From positions 558,001 through 622,000 of the forward strand of contig JBLDXI010000017.1 of NCBI GenBank assembly GCA_047495785.1: 64,000 nt of DNA. Reading direction: 5' to 3'. This document shows positions 61,357 to 64,000 of the stretch, in pieces. Made by a program: the position numbers and the translations under genes. The notes under the pieces were generated by a model. It saw only the letters and a program-made list of their open reading frames with translations. It ran no database searches and was not told where the DNA came from. This DNA is from Lepidodermella squamata (lineage: Eukaryota > Animalia > Gastrotricha). Every line of letters begins with the position of its first letter. Within the stretch, counting starts at the first letter, position 1.

Positions 61357-62425
61357 ATGTTTATTACGCACCCTGCTGTGCTTGTTCACCCTATGCCGGC
61401 CTTGGTCGATCCGATAACGGCTCAGTGTTACCTGTACCCACCCTACGTGCCCGCGGTTATTTTCAACGCCCCTGTGGCAAGCAGTGTAGCCGAGCCGTTG
61501 GATCTGAGTAACAACCACGTCAAATCGTCATCTGCCCACCCTATCGACCTCTCCTCCCGCTGCGCGTCAACATCGCCAGGCCTCGTCAACGCAAATTCGA
61601 ATTCGAAAAACAAAATCGACTCGACTTCGAATTCGGCGAGAAAGGTGTTGGGACCAGTCGATTCAGCTCAAATTCCGCAATCGGATCCGGTCAAAAATGA
61701 AGTGATTATTGTGAAGAGCGATTCTGACCCTCAAATGCCCACTCTACCTCCTGCTTTCAGTCCGTGGCTACAGGTATTAACAATTTTGAAATTTTAAGGT
61801 TAATTTTTTAATCAAAACGAATTTTAAATTTTAAAATTAAAATTTTTGAATTTAAGATTTCAAGTTTTATGAATTAAGAATTCATTTTTAGATATAATAA
61901 AAAAATTAAAATTAAAATTTGAATTTAAAGTTAAAAAATTTTGAGTTCAAATTTCAAAATATTTTTCTTAATTTTCAATATTTTTTATAGGAGTTGCAAC
62001 TTGGCAAGCAAGAAGGCGTTCGCCCTAAGGCTACTTCAACCCCTCGCCGAGCCTCGACCGGTTCAATCACCCTGCCTCAATTCTCCCCGATTTTCGCCGC
62101 CGATGACTCGGTAAAACGCCTATCAGCCTCGACCTCAAATCTCAGCCCTGCTGCACCATCATCGCAACAAAACCAGCCTAGCAAGCTGTTTCAGTGCCGA
62201 TTTTGCGATCGCACCTACACGGCTACGGCGACGGCTCGGCGCCACGAGCGGCAAAACCATCAGGAACAGCTGGCTAAACTGAACGGGTTTCACTTCAAAT
62301 GCGACTCGTGCGGGTGCATTTTCCAGACGCGGCTCAGCCTGCAAACGCATCAAATGCGAGCGCCCGATTGTTATCACAAATTTATGAGCGCCGCAGATCA
62401 GCAATCAGCATTAACTAAAAAATAA
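61357..62425 (+). CDS. Zinc-finger protein ZF6 (PLDLS and PIDLS motifs; one C2H2 and one H-x6-C finger)
   Basis: Exons 61357-61773 and 61991-62425; CRFC..HERQNH and CDSC..HQMRAPDC. Start codon uncertain. Confidence 0.83.
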
Positions 62426-64000
62426 CTGAAAAATAACAATATGACGAACCTTTGAATATATTCTACTTGTGCAATGTGCGGACATTTTCTCATGCCAAAA
62501 ATATTTGAAATCGTTCTTGAAAAGAAGACATTTTGGCAGCTAATATATTGCAATTATATGGCATGTTATTATTGTTTATGAAAGTGATTTAGCTTAATAG
62601 ATATAGGAGCACTAGTGATGGCGGTGCTTATTAGATTTTTTGTTTCATTTATTGCTAGATTTCTCCAACGATCTATATCTTGTCAATAAAATAAATTTGC
62701 ATTATTAATCTTGTTGTTTGCGGTGTTTCCAGTTCCTTGGAAAGCTTGGAAATTGAGTTTTGCGGCAGATTTTCTAGCCGAAAACAGGAGGGCGTAGCCG
62801 CTCACTTGTTAATTTTTCATCATTCAATTCTCAATGCTCGGCAATAAAAACGATAAAATGGTGGCGCATGGCATCTTTATTTATTGGTTTGACCTGACCT
62901 TTGGTTGCGCGCCAATTTTATTGAATCTCGAAAGCAATAATCTTCTTTTCTGCAAAAAAATGCCGATGACTCATCGGTCGCTCGTGTGCCATTCACAAAT
63001 CTTTAGCGAGCTTCACGCGCCAAAATTTGTCAAGATATAGCTGGCATTTTAAGGTGTCCAAATTTCTTTTGAAATGGGGTGATCTATTTATATTTATATG
63101 GAAACGCTCACGGTCACAACATGACCGAACTTCAAATTTTCATGACCTTCGCACCATGTCCGTTTGTCCGTTGCATTCCGGAAAAATACATATTCCGGTG
63201 TCGAATAATCATTTTTTTAAATTATTGCGTGATCTTAATTTTTTAAAGTCACTATTCGAAGTACCTTTTCAGTATTTTTTCAGCAGCAAGGATCATATAT
63301 ATCAGAGCTTTCATGGCTTCATCTCGGTCTAGGAATTTTGATTTTTTAAATTGAAACTGAAATGCGAACTTTTCGAAAATAGATTACTCATCAAGTTTTT
63401 TGACGGTGGAATCGAATTAAAACAGAGAATAGGGTCTTGGCGGAACTGATCGATTTTCAGTATAGATGGCTTTAAAATCGAAATGTTAAATGGCTCATCA
63501 ATAAAGAAGGATTAGCCTTTTCCAAAAGTGCCGGAATTCAAGTATTTTTATCGTCTCATTTTTGTCTCATTTTTGACAGCAAATCTCGGAATCTCTGAAC
63601 TTGAGATCAATCAGCTGATAAATGCTGGCTATCAAGGTAACTTGTAATAAAGCTTTTCTACAAAATTCAGGCTTCCTCCGAGCGAGATGGCCTATACCTT
63701 CCTCTTTCCTCATCGCCAGGTCAAGCCATAGTGTAAAAACGACTTGTTTACCAAAATACGTGTGGGGATGAGCAATGACGTCATGGATAGCTGATAATCA
63801 ATTTGTAACACAACATAAATAACGTTGAACACTGCGTATTCGTAACTGAATAACGAGATAATTTTATTAAGTAACACTCGCATGACATTGGCGATTGTTT
63901 TCACGCCTGCTGCGATGATGATGATACGGTAGCAAAACCAGTGTGGATATTTTACACAACCTGCATAACCTCATTTTAACGAAATTTTGCGATCGATAAC

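Noticed and set aside
63710-63960. Hydrophobic minus-strand ORF at the window edge
   Set aside because: Could be a terminal exon of a gene outside the window, but has no diagnostic motif.

Overview
Gene-dense, AT-rich genomic DNA of an invertebrate animal (GT-AG introns, many only 50-70 nt; the species cannot be assigned from sequence alone). No rRNA, tRNA or CRISPR array was seen. In order: three tandem SLC8/NCX-type exchanger genes (the first is 5'-incomplete); a convergent four-EF-hand protein; five secreted Kunitz genes around a GST; three small zinc-finger genes; orthopedia (otp); two intact GABA-B-like class C GPCR genes flanking a transposon-disrupted third copy and a small 8-Cys knottin gene; two METTL24-like genes; two anion-type Cys-loop channel subunits; and three more zinc-finger genes surrounding a Crypton-derived (DUF3504-like) gene. 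Many MITE or foldback elements lie in introns and intergenic DNA. Most notable: (1) the NCX paralogs have a rewired ion-binding site (alpha-2 GMGLPD in all three; alpha-1 Asn to His in the two copies where it is visible) and a CBD2 lacking its acidic loop; (2) a recurrent atypical C-x2-C-x12-H-x6-C zinc finger occurs in six genes, three with CtBP-type PxDL(S/T) motifs next to a catalytically degenerate Crypton recombinase; (3) an agatoxin-like knottin hidden by a 66-nt intron; (4) operon-like spacing that suggests trans-splicing. All gene models were built by eye and need RNA-seq confirmation.
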